A stretch of DNA of 64,000 bases from Eledone cirrhosa (taxonomy: Eukaryota): NCBI GenBank assembly GCA_964016885.1, contig OZ024741.1:406658001-406722000 (forward strand), written 5' to 3'. A program made the translations under genes and the position numbers. Shown here in pieces: positions 1-9,766 of the stretch. How positions within the stretch are numbered: position 1 is the first letter of the stretch; every line of letters begins with the position of its first letter. The notes beneath the pieces are model-generated. The model did not search any database. It had not been told where the DNA came from and saw only the letters and a program-made list of their open reading frames with translations.

Positions 1-343
1 TATATCTATATCTATATCTATATCTATGTCTATATCTATATCTATATCTATGTCTATATCTATGTCTATATCTATATCTATATCTATATCTATGTCTATA
101 TCTATGTCTATATCTATATCTATGTCTATATCTATGTCTATATCTATATCTATATCTATATCTATGTCTATATCTATGTCTATATCTATATCTATATCTA
201 TATCTATGTCTATATCTATGTCTATATCTATGTCTATATCTATGTCTATATCTATATCTATGTCTATATCTATGTCTATATCTATGTCTATATCTATATC
301 TATGTCTATATCTATATCTATATCTATGTCTATATCTATATCT
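1..343. repeat. (TATATC/TATGTC)n hexamer microsatellite
   Basis: Direct tandem hexamers; runs off the window start. Confidence 0.97.
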
Positions 344-1744
344 GGGCGGAGGTTACGAACAGGGTGTTTACACTGACCCAGAAGTGGGCCAGTTGCAAAC
401 TATCCCTGAAAGGTTGGGCGGAGGTGGCGAACACCTATATAGCGTCCGTCATCTACTACCGCCTGACCGTAGTGCCCTGCCCAAGGGAAACCCTCACCAA
501 GATGGAGCGCGCGCTCTTCCAATTCCTTTGGAAGAGGCGGGCGCCTATGGTGAGGAGATCCATCTGCTGTCAACACCCTTCGAAAGGAGGGCTGGGGATG
601 CCGTGGCTAATGATGCGTAAACACGCATTAAGGCTACGGCACCTCTACGTATTCCTCACCGGTCAACCGGTGTGGGCCTCGTTTGTGAGACGAACCTTTC
701 CCAGACTCGTCTCACTCACCGAGCTGCAATCCTGGGTCAAGCAAAGACCGAGAAAACTGGGCGCCTGGCACACTGAGTGTGCCCAGGCGCTCACCGCCCT
801 CTGGCAGGCGGATCCGGTTATCAGTGGAGACTCCACCGCAACATTCTATAGAGGGCTGGTACGCAGCAGGTGCGACGACGCCCTCGGAGAAGCCCTAGAC
901 ATGGAGGAGGACGAACTGGCCAGCCTGTTCGGTAGGACATTCAGCCCGGGACCTATGGACAACTTCCAGAAGTCCCTGGCCTGGCAGTGCTACCGAGGGG
1001 CTCTGCCCGTTCGAGAAAAGCTCTACAGACACGGGCGCCCGGGTAGGGACCCCGCCAAAAAGATCTGTTCCAGATGCGTGTGCGACGAGGAAACCGTTGC
1101 ACACGCATTGGTACACTGCTCGGGCGTAGCCGATCTGTGGGGCTATGTCGAACAACTGCTGTCAATGGCGGGACCGATCCGGTTGACCACTGAGTCTATT
1201 GTAATGATCAAGCCGCCTCCCCCCTTCAAAGATGAAGGGGAGGCGGTGTTTCTGTGCGTAATAGCCATGGCGAAAGAGGTTGTATGTTGGACGCGTCTGA
1301 AAGGACTGAGGTCAGGCACCTTTCTCTCTGGCCAACAACTGGTCCGTTTCTTCCGATATCATTTCGGAAGAAGGATCAGGATGGAGAGAGAGGTGCTCCA
1401 CCCCAGTCGTTTTTATGAAAGGTGGGTGAAAGTGGCGAGAATGGCCCGTGTGAATGGGCCTTCTCTTTACATCAGACTATAGGTGAGGAAGATGAAAGAC
1501 CAAGGGAGCACCCCTTCTCTGTGCACCTGAGGAAAAGGGTTGCACACTTTTTTCGGGGGTGTGTGCGACCCCCCAAGGCGCCTCCTCTCTATTGAGGATT
1601 TTGTTATAAATTTTATTTTTTGTTATATTTTATTTTATTTTTATACATTGTTATTGCCTCCTCCTTATTGAGGACGCCTTGTTGTGTAAACTCCCCCCTT
1701 TGTACTTGTCCCACTTTTGATGCCCTGGTGGCAAATAAAAGAAA
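344..1744 (+). mobile_element. 5'-truncated Tx1/L1-clade LINE copy (C-terminal ORF2 plus 3' UTR)
   Basis: Colinear with 4231-5631 at a constant offset of 3887, with scattered substitutions. ORF 364-1482 carries CxxC...HALVHC. Ends in AATAAAAGAAA. Confidence 0.93.
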
Positions 1745-1926
1745 CATATCTATGTCTATATCTATATCTATCCCTATGTCTATATCTATATCTATATCTA
1801 TGTGTATATCTATGTCTATATCTATATCTATGTCTATATCTATATCTATATCTATGTCTATATCTATATCTATATCTATGTCTATATCTATATCTATGTC
1901 TATATCTATATCTATGTCTATATCTA
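1745..1926. repeat. (TATATC/TATGTC)n microsatellite between the two LINE copies
   Basis: Direct tandem hexamers. Confidence 0.96.
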
Positions 1927-4900
1927 CCAACATGGCTGTGCTAAGAGTAGGGTGTCTAAATGCGCGTGGCCTGGGCTCGTCTTGGAAGCAAGCAATGCTT
2001 CTAAATGACCTCAGGTCACAATCTATAAATGTGATGGTTATCTGCGAGGCCCGAATCAGCAGCATGCGACAGCTAGCCCCCACCTTTGACGACTTTTCGA
2101 TGCACGCATCTCTCTGTCAGCCCGGAGGTGGGGGTGGGGTTGTCGTTCTGCTGCAAAAACATATGGGCCTTGCAACACAGATAGTTCACTTGGACCCAGG
2201 GGGTCGACTGGTGGTGCTGGACCTTGGCAGTGCTGAAGGTGGAGCCTTTAGGCTGATAGCCGCATATGCCCCTTTTGGGATAGAGCGGCCCGACTTTTTC
2301 CAGCGTCTGGAGTCTTTTCTAAGGACGTCCCGTTCCCTGCTTTTAGTGAGGGATTGGAATGGTATCCTGGATGCACGTTGGGACTATGCAGGGGCATGTC
2401 CCGATAGAGAGGGGTGCAACAGCCTCAAGTGGTTACTCTGCCGATTTGACCTGGCCGATAGATTTCGACTAGATTTTCCGACTGCGCCAACCTGGACTTG
2501 GGCAAATCGTAGCGGATCATCTAGGTCGTACCTAGATAGGTTCTTAGTTAGAATTAAGGATAAGGACTTTTTAAGTTGTCCAAAAATGCGCATTGTTGGC
2601 TATTCAGACCACAAATTAGTGACCTGCATGGTCAACCTTGACAGAACTCATAGACAGGGCCCCGGTTACTGGAAGCTCAACTTGTCCTTGCCGGCAAGTA
2701 GAGCCTACAGGAATCGGATTAGTACGTTAGTTAAGGAACGGTTGACTGGAGCGATCGTCAACAGCAGGTGGTGGGTATCTCTAAAGAGAGAGATTAGAGT
2801 AGTCTCGATAGAATTTAGTAAGGTTCTAGCTGCGGATAGGAATAGGAAGGAAAGGGAGCTAATAGATAGAGTAGAAGAGGCAATTAGAAGCGGCGACGTG
2901 GCCAGAGTGCTAGCGTCGAGAACGGCTTTGAGCCAGTTTTTCGACGCGAAGCACGAAGGCTGCGTTGTCCGAAGTAAAATACGTGCTCTAGGGAACGAGG
3001 GGACCAAAGCTGTTAGCTGGGCCCGCGTGACAGAGGCCAACAGTGGAACTAAATCCACCATCCGGTCTTTGCGAGACCTGGATGGACGGGCGATTCTTGA
3101 GCCTAAGCAGATGTGTGAGGCCTTTCAAAGGCACTTTGCCCGACTGTTCGGGAGGGGCGGGGAGCCGGTTGGGAACGTGGACTTCGGTCCATACCTCGAC
3201 GGCCTGCCGCGCCTCTCGGACAGGGAGGCGAAGTCCTGCGAGGAGCCGATTTCGGCCGCTGAGATAGAGGACGTGCTGAGCCAATGCGGCAAACGCAAAT
3301 CCCCGGGTCTCGATGGTCTTCCTTACGAATTATATCTAGCTATGCCGGACTTGTTCCCCGATCTCCTCGAGGCGGTCTACTGCAACTGGCAACAGAACGG
3401 GAGAATTCCCTGTACTGTGACCAAGGGCGTAGTCACGCTAGTGAGGAAGGACGAGAACAAGGGGGACGAAATAAGTAACTTCAGGCCCATAACACTGCTA
3501 AATACAGAGTTACAGATTTTGGCCAAGGTGCTAGCAAAGAGGTTGGCGCTTGTCGTGGGCAACCTGGTGGGAGATGCGCAGACATGCGCTATCCCGTCCA
3601 GGTCCATCCATGACAACCTCCACCTCATGCGATACATCATAGAGAGGGTTGGGAACGAACCCGGCTTTGGTGGGGCTCTGATCAACTTGGATCAATCTAA
3701 GGCGTTCGATAGGGTCGACCATGGTTACCTGGATGCGGTGCTAGCGGCGGCAGGCTTCGGACCCGTTTTCAGGGGCTGGATCACTGCTATGCACAGCAGC
3801 CGCATCTGCTCTAGGGTCAAGGTGAACGGCTACCTCTCGGAGCCGTTCAAAATCGCGCGGTCCATCCGACAAGGGTGCCCTCTCTCCTCCCTTCTGTATG
3901 TATTGACTCTCGAGCCACTACTGCGGAAGTTGGAGTTGTTGCAGGGCATCCCTTTGGAACCGGGATTGCGGAAAGCGGTGTCGGCCTACGCCGATGACGT
4001 GACAGTAATGGTGTCGACGGCCTCCGAAATCGAGGCGGTCGGCACCTTACTGGAGGAGTACGAAAAGTTCACAGGGGCTAAGCTGAACCGGGACAAGTCG
4101 ATCGGTTTGCAACTCGGCACGTGGAGGGGCAGACCGATGCCCTCCGATAGCGTCGTCGGACGCTGGACGGAGGGCCCGGTGAAGTTGCTCGGGGTCTGGT
4201 TCGGACCGGACCTCCAGGTGGAGAAAAACTGGGCGGAGGTTACGAACAGAGTGTTTGCACTGACCCAGAAGTGGGCCAGTTGCAAACTATCCCTGAAAGG
4301 TCGGGCGGAGGTGGCGAACACCTACATAGCGTCCGTCATCTACTACCGCCTGACCGTAGTGCCCTGCCCAAGGGAAACCCTCACCAAGATGGAGCGCGCG
4401 CTCTTCCAATTCCTTTGGAAGAGGCGGGCTCCTATGGTGAGGAGATCCATCTGCTGTCAACACCCTTCGAAAGGAGGGCTGGGGATGCCGTGGCTAATGA
4501 TGCGTAAACACGCATTAAGGCTACGGCACCTCTACGTATTCCTCACCGGACAACCGGTGTGGGCCTCGTTTGTGAGACGAACCTTTCCCAGACTCGTCTC
4601 ACTCACCGAGCTGCAATCCTGGGTCAAGCAAAGACCGAGAAAACTGGGCGCCTGGCACACTGAGTGTGCCCAGGCGCTCACCGCCCTCTGGCAGGCGGAT
4701 CCGGTTATCAGTGGAGACTCCACCGCAACATTCTATAGAGGGCTGGTACGCAGCAGGTGCGACGACGCCCTCGGAGAAGCCCTAGACATGGAGGAGGACG
4801 AACTGGCCAGCCTTTTCGGTAGGACATTCAGCCCGGGACCTATGGACAACTTCCAGAAGTCCCTGGCCTGGCAGTGCTACCGAGGGGCTTTACCCGTTCG

Positions 4901-5631
4901 AGAAAGGCTCTACAGACACGGGCGCCCGGGTAGGGACCCCGCCAAAAAGATCTGTCCCAGATGCGTGTGCGACGAGGAAACCGTTGCACACGCATTAGTA
5001 CACTGCTCGGGCGTAGCCGATCTGTGGGGCTATGTCGAACAACTGCTGTCAAGGGTGGGACCGATCCGGTTGACCACCGAGTCTATTGTAATGATCAAGC
5101 CGCCTCCCCCCTTCAAAGATGAAGCAGAGGCGGTGTTTCTGTGCGTAATAGCCATGGCGAAAGAGGTTGTATGGTGGACGCGTCTGAAAGGACTGAGGTC
5201 GGGCACCTTTCTCTCTGGCCAACAACTGGTCCGTTTCTTCCGATATCATTTCGGAAGAAGGATCAGGATGGAGAGAGAGGTGCTGCACCCCAGCCGTTTC
5301 TATGAAAGATGGGTGAAAGTGGCGAGAATGGCCCGTGTGAATGGGCCTTCACTCTACATCAGACTATAGGTGAGGAAGATGAAAGACCAAGGGAGCACCC
5401 CTTCTCTGTGCTCCTGAGGAGAAGGGTTGCACACTTTTTTCGGGGGTGTGTGCGACCCCCCAAGGCGCCTCCTCTCTATTGAGGATTTTGTTAAAAATTT
5501 TATTTTTTGTTATATCTTATTTTATTTTTATATTTTGTTATTGCCTCCTCCTTATTGAGGACGCCTTTTTGTGTAAACTCCCCCCTTTGTACTTGTCCCA
5601 CTTTTGATGCCCTAGTGGCAAATAAAAGAAA
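1927..5631 (+). mobile_element. Tx1/L1-clade non-LTR retrotransposon with complete ORF2 and 3' UTR; no ORF1 present
   Basis: Bounded by microsatellite on both sides. 3' end (GTGGCAAATAAAAGAAA) is identical to that of the first copy. Confidence 0.92.
1932..5369 (+). CDS. ORF2 polyprotein: APE endonuclease, reverse transcriptase and CCHC zinc knuckle (1145 aa)
   Basis: ATG in accaacATGG context. EN motifs: CLNARGL, CE, AYAP, (R)DWN, SYLDRF, SDH. Tx1-like [10 protein letters not shown] motifs: [37 protein letters not shown]-terminal CPRC...[10 protein letters not shown]. No stops. Confidence 0.93.
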   Translation: MAVLRVGCLNARGLGSSWKQAMLLNDLRSQSINVMVICEARISSMRQLAPTFDDFSMHASLCQPGGGGGVVVLLQKHMGLATQIVHLDPGGRLVVLDLGSAEGGAFRLIAAYAPFGIERPDFFQRLESFLRTSRSLLLVRDWNGILDARWDYAGACPDREGCNSLKWLLCRFDLADRFRLDFPTAPTWTWANRSGSSRSYLDRFLVRIKDKDFLSCPKMRIVGYSDHKLVTCMVNLDRTHRQGPGYWKLNLSLPASRAYRNRISTLVKERLTGAIVNSRWWVSLKREIRVVSIEFSKVLAADRNRKERELIDRVEEAIRSGDVARVLASRTALSQFFDAKHEGCVVRSKIRALGNEGTKAVSWARVTEANSGTKSTIRSLRDLDGRAILEPKQMCEAFQRHFARLFGRGGEPVGNVDFGPYLDGLPRLSDREAKSCEEPISAAEIEDVLSQCGKRKSPGLDGLPYELYLAMPDLFPDLLEAVYCNWQQNGRIPCTVTKGVVTLVRKDENKGDEISNFRPITLLNTELQILAKVLAKRLALVVGNLVGDAQTCAIPSRSIHDNLHLMRYIIERVGNEPGFGGALINLDQSKAFDRVDHGYLDAVLAAAGFGPVFRGWITAMHSSRICSRVKVNGYLSEPFKIARSIRQGCPLSSLLYVLTLEPLLRKLELLQGIPLEPGLRKAVSAYADDVTVMVSTASEIEAVGTLLEEYEKFTGAKLNRDKSIGLQLGTWRGRPMPSDSVVGRWTEGPVKLLGVWFGPDLQVEKNWAEVTNRVFALTQKWASCKLSLKGRAEVANTYIASVIYYRLTVVPCPRETLTKMERALFQFLWKRRAPMVRRSICCQHPSKGGLGMPWLMMRKHALRLRHLYVFLTGQPVWASFVRRTFPRLVSLTELQSWVKQRPRKLGAWHTECAQALTALWQADPVISGDSTATFYRGLVRSRCDDALGEALDMEEDELASLFGRTFSPGPMDNFQKSLAWQCYRGALPVRERLYRHGRPGRDPAKKICPRCVCDEETVAHALVHCSGVADLWGYVEQLLSRVGPIRLTTESIVMIKPPPPFKDEAEAVFLCVIAMAKEVVWWTRLKGLRSGTFLSGQQLVRFFRYHFGRRIRMEREVLHPSRFYERWVKVARMARVNGPSLYIRL

Positions 5632-6310
5632 TGTATCTATGTCTATATCTATATCTATGTCTATATCTATGTCTATATCTATATCCATGTCTATATCTAT
5701 GTCTATATCTATGTCTACATCTATATCTATATCTATATCTATGTCTATATCTATATCTATATCTATATCTATATATATCTATATCTATATCTATGTCTAT
5801 ATCTATGTCTATATCTATGTCTATATCTATATGTATATCTATGTCTATATCTATATCTATATCTATATCTATGTCTATATCTATATCTATGTCTATATCT
5901 ATATCTATATCTATGTCTATATCTATGTCTATATCTATGTCTATATCTATATCTATGTCTATATCTATGTCTATATCTATATCTATGTCTATATCTATAT
6001 CTATATCTATATCTATGTCTATATCTATATCTATGTCTATATCTATGTCTATATCTATATCTATATCTATATCTATGTCTATATCTATATCTATATCTAT
6101 ATCTATATATATCTATATCTATATCTATGTCTATATCTATGTCTATATCTATGTCTATATCTATATCTATACTATATCTATATCTATATCTATGTCTATA
6201 TCTATGTCTATATCTATGTCTATATCTATATCTATGTCTATATCTATACTATATCTATATCTATATCTATGTCTATATCTATATATATACTATATCTATA
6301 TCTATGTATA
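5632..6310. repeat. (TATATC/TATGTC)n microsatellite
   Basis: Direct tandem hexamers, degenerating to (TA)n. Confidence 0.96.
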
Positions 6311-6675
6311 TATAGAAATGTATTTATATATATATTATAATTTAAGTTTACTCAGACGTATACACACACATATATATACATATATACATAATCATGTGCA
6401 AATATATATTGCTTGTCAGTTTATAATTCTATGAATATTTATAAGCCAGCACAAATATGTCTGTACATATTTCCATATGACAGTAAAGACATTGTATGAG
6501 TGTATAGAGAGGCATAAGAGAGACTGAGAAATGATGTAGAGGCTGTACAGGTCTGGCAGATGGATCGCACTGGCCACCCTTGCCATACTCTCACACAATC
6601 ATTTTACCTTCAAATTACAGCAAATGTATTCTCTGGGTTTACACAATACCTAGCTAATGCTATTGACTGAATAAC

Positions 6676-6706
<31 letters not shown>

Positions 6707-6736
6707 ATGAAGAAGTATCTGTAACTTACTAACACA

Positions 6737-6795
<59 letters not shown>

Positions 6796-6871
6796 CGAAA
6801 GAGTTTTGGTATGGAACCAGATGGACCATAACCCACCAGAATACTCAATACTGAGAGTAGTAGAGTGGGTA

Positions 6872-6987
6872 ATAGAAAAAAGTATGACCCCGACGGCAGA
6901 GCTCAAGCCGTTTCGACGTCTATTTCAGTCCAGAAATAGCCGTCGAAACGGCTTGAGCTCTGCCGTCGGGGTCATGCTTTTTCCTAT
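6872..6987. repeat. ~116-bp fold-back containing hammerhead 3' halves (Penelope-like terminus relic)
   Basis: Near-perfect palindrome. Each arm reads GAAA-CGGC-ttgagctct-GCCG-TC-ggggtc. Confidence 0.75.
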
Positions 6988-7419
6988 ATATATATATATA
7001 TATGTTTACGTACATACATATATGTGTACAGACGTACAGTAGTATGTATATATATACATACATGCACACATATATATATGTACGTATGGATTCACCGAAC
7101 ATTTATTATAATGCTCGGTTTGTTTGTAAACAAAAATCCCGAATTAAGCCGTACAGTGTTCGGCAACGATCGTTGCCCTTTTGTTCAACACTGACAAAGG
7201 AACGATGATCACACATATACATGTGTGCATGCATGCACATACATACATATATATATGTGTGCATACATGCAACATACGTACAATATATGTGTGTGCATGT
7301 ATGTATATATATATACATACTACTGTACGTCTGTATACATATATCTATGTACGTATACATACTTATATTTAAGTAACAGCCGTACTAAGATTGAGAAATG
7401 AAATTTCGTTTCATTTTTT

Positions 7420-7474
<55 letters not shown>

Positions 7475-7644
7475 GTATTAAGGATACTATTTATGGTTAT
7501 GTATATACTAAAACTTTTTATAGTTATATATATTTTAAACCCTAAACAGTGAAGGTCAGTAATTTATTACTACCTTATTACCAGTAAGATAAATAGCTCA
7601 ATGTAATAACATCAGTTGTTCTACAGAGCAGTTATATGGAATCC

Positions 7645-7714
7645 ACATGAATCAAAGCTATGTTCAAACCATTTATTAGCTAATAAATGGTTTGAACAGA
7701 ACTTTGATTCATGT
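7645..7714. repeat. 70-bp near-perfect palindrome
   Basis: ACATGAATCAAAG...TTAGCTAA...CTTTGATTCATGT, centred at 7679/7680. Confidence 0.9.
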
Positions 7715-7748
7715 TATATATATATGTATAATATATATATATATATAT

Positions 7749-7781
<33 letters not shown>

Positions 7782-7913
7782 ATATATTAGGGTAAACATT
7801 GATGCAATTCAATTCAAGCACTCAACGTACTTTTTCCACATAGGAGTGACGGAGTAAATATCGAATAAGGAAAAGCGAAGTAGTTTCAGATGTTCAAGTC
7901 CTTTAATAATAAT

Positions 7914-7987
7914 GCTGTGATATATATTTCAGTGACGACACTGGCCACACTGTTCTGTGTGCGAGTGTCGTGTCATCACCAGACAGC
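7914..7987 (-). ncRNA. Hammerhead-like motif (A6G core variant), inverted copy
   Basis: Reverse complement of the 8597-8670 motif. Confidence 0.55.
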
Positions 7988-8596
7988 TTGTTACATAATA
8001 AGGTTATGTTTCCAAGGCAATCCAAATTGGATCGACATCCGAATTATCACCTGAAAAGAATTTTTTTAATTCTTTTTTTTTTTATCACCTGAAAAGAATT
8101 TTTTTAATTCTTTAATTTCTAATTGTTAATTTCTTAATTGTTTAATTTATAATTTCTGATATTTGATTTAGAATTTTAATTTTTATTTCCAACTCTAACT
8201 CTTAACTTCCAATGTAAAACCATGATACCTAGAATAAGTTTATTTTCCCTTATAAGGTGATGGTCAGTCGTACCGTCAACGCTTAGTGAGGGGTACACTC
8301 TCCCATCCCCTCTGGCTCTCGGCTGACTGCCACAGCCGTGATGGGTAGCAGTAAAATATGGTACAGGCATTGGTGGGCCATTGTTTTGGTTGACAGGGTG
8401 AACTGACTAAGCAAATTTCGTTGAAATCAGCGGTGGCTAATGGTCAACTTCCTTCGGACATGCGCTTGCGCAGGCCGGTGGGGGTAAATTGGTACTCACA
8501 AGGGAGCGGATGAAAAACCCCAAAACACGCAATTCATCCGTTCCCATGTCGATCCAATTTGGATTGTCTCGGAAACATAACCTTATTATGTAACAA

Positions 8597-8670
8597 GCTG
8601 TCTGGTGATGACACGACACTGGCACACAGAACAGTGTGGCCAGTGTCGTCACTGAAATATATATCACAGC
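8597..8670 (+). ncRNA. Type I hammerhead-like motif with long stem II (A6G core variant)
   Basis: Stem I GCTGT/ACAGC; core CTGGTGA; long stem II ACGACACTGGC/GCCAGTGTCGT; GAAA-TATATA-TC. Confidence 0.6.
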
Positions 8671-8742
8671 ATTATTATTAAAGGACTTGAACATCTGAAA
8701 CTACTTCAGAGCAAACAACACGGACACTCTATCTCAAAATTA

Positions 8743-8779
8743 TTTTTGAAAAGCATTTAGAAATGCGCAACCGGTAAAA
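8743..8779 (+). ncRNA. Degenerate U3:A8 hammerhead motif
   Basis: TTGAAAA, stem II GCATT/AATGC, GCAA (GAAA mutated), CCGG-TA. Same family as 17239-17274. Confidence 0.45.
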
Positions 8780-8897
8780 ACTTAAAAACTTAAAACCACA
8801 ACTGAATACTAACCCATACAATCACTAATACTCTTTTATTCCTAATTAAACTATTTTTCAACTGTGAACAATTTGTCAGCATTTTCTATTCCGTTTA

Positions 8898-8954
<57 letters not shown>

Positions 8955-9659
8955 CAAAACAAATCCTCCTGTATTCTGTGTATTTTCTCGTATTTTCCAA
9001 AACAAATATTGTATTTGTTGTTATTGCTTGTTAAATACGAAGTTTTTGTCGTATTTTACTAAACAAATCTTGTATTTTTGTTATCGCTTGTTAAATACGA
9101 GGATCTTACTTAAACCTATTCTTCTCTCATATATTTTAAATATATTTGTTATTATTTCAAACTCTTAATTCCCGCTCCTTAATACCTTCTCCCTCCCCCA
9201 CCACTTCATGAGTGTTCGAGGCCAGCCACCCCACTCTACAACATGCGGTCAAACTCCCGCCTCCCCCTTCTCTCTCTCTATCTATATATATAAGATAACC
9301 CCCACAAGTAATTCACATTCGCCAAATTCGTGGCTGTTTTCCTTCACGGTATAATGTAATGTACACATTTTTCTTGCCTTTCTAACATCCGCTTAATTTC
9401 ATAGCCCTTCCAATCCGACAATTCGATAGCATTTTCTATCCTCAGACTCCAATTCTTGCTTCACTACTAGCTATTCTATCCTATTTCCAAAACAAATCCT
9501 CCTGTATTCTGTGTATTTTCTCGTATTTTCCAAAACAAATCTTGTATTTTTTGTTATTGCTTGTTAAATACGAAGTTTTTGTCGTATTTTACTAAACAAA
9601 TCTGGTATTTTTGTTATCGCTTGTTAAATACGAGGATCTTACTTAAACCTATTCTTCTC
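8955..9659 (+). repeat. ~172-bp direct duplication (8955-9126 and 9488-9659) in the RTE 5' region
   Basis: CAAAACAAATCCTCCTG...AAACCTATTCTTCTC occurs twice, nearly identical. Confidence 0.88.
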
Positions 9660-9766
9660 GCTAACAACTCAACACCGCTCCCTCCCGCCCCACGCACCAC
9701 CATTATTATTACGTGGACCAATCATAAGCCAGGGGCCTATATTATCGCTTACCATCGATATGACGG

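Larger units (their letters stand above)
7877..8707. mobile_element. Element with 162-bp inverted repeats (7877-8038 and 8546-8707), each containing a hammerhead-like motif
   Basis: The arms are reverse complements with a few substitutions. Confidence 0.75.

Noticed and set aside
1620-1931. N-terminal extension of the 1249-aa ORF
   Set aside because: TTG start in the upstream copy's 3' UTR reading through a stop-free hexamer repeat. EN homology starts at ATG 1932.
7153-7193. Hairpin GGCAACGATCGTTGCC as a possible hammerhead stem II
   Set aside because: No recognisable CTGANGA or GAAA core on either strand.
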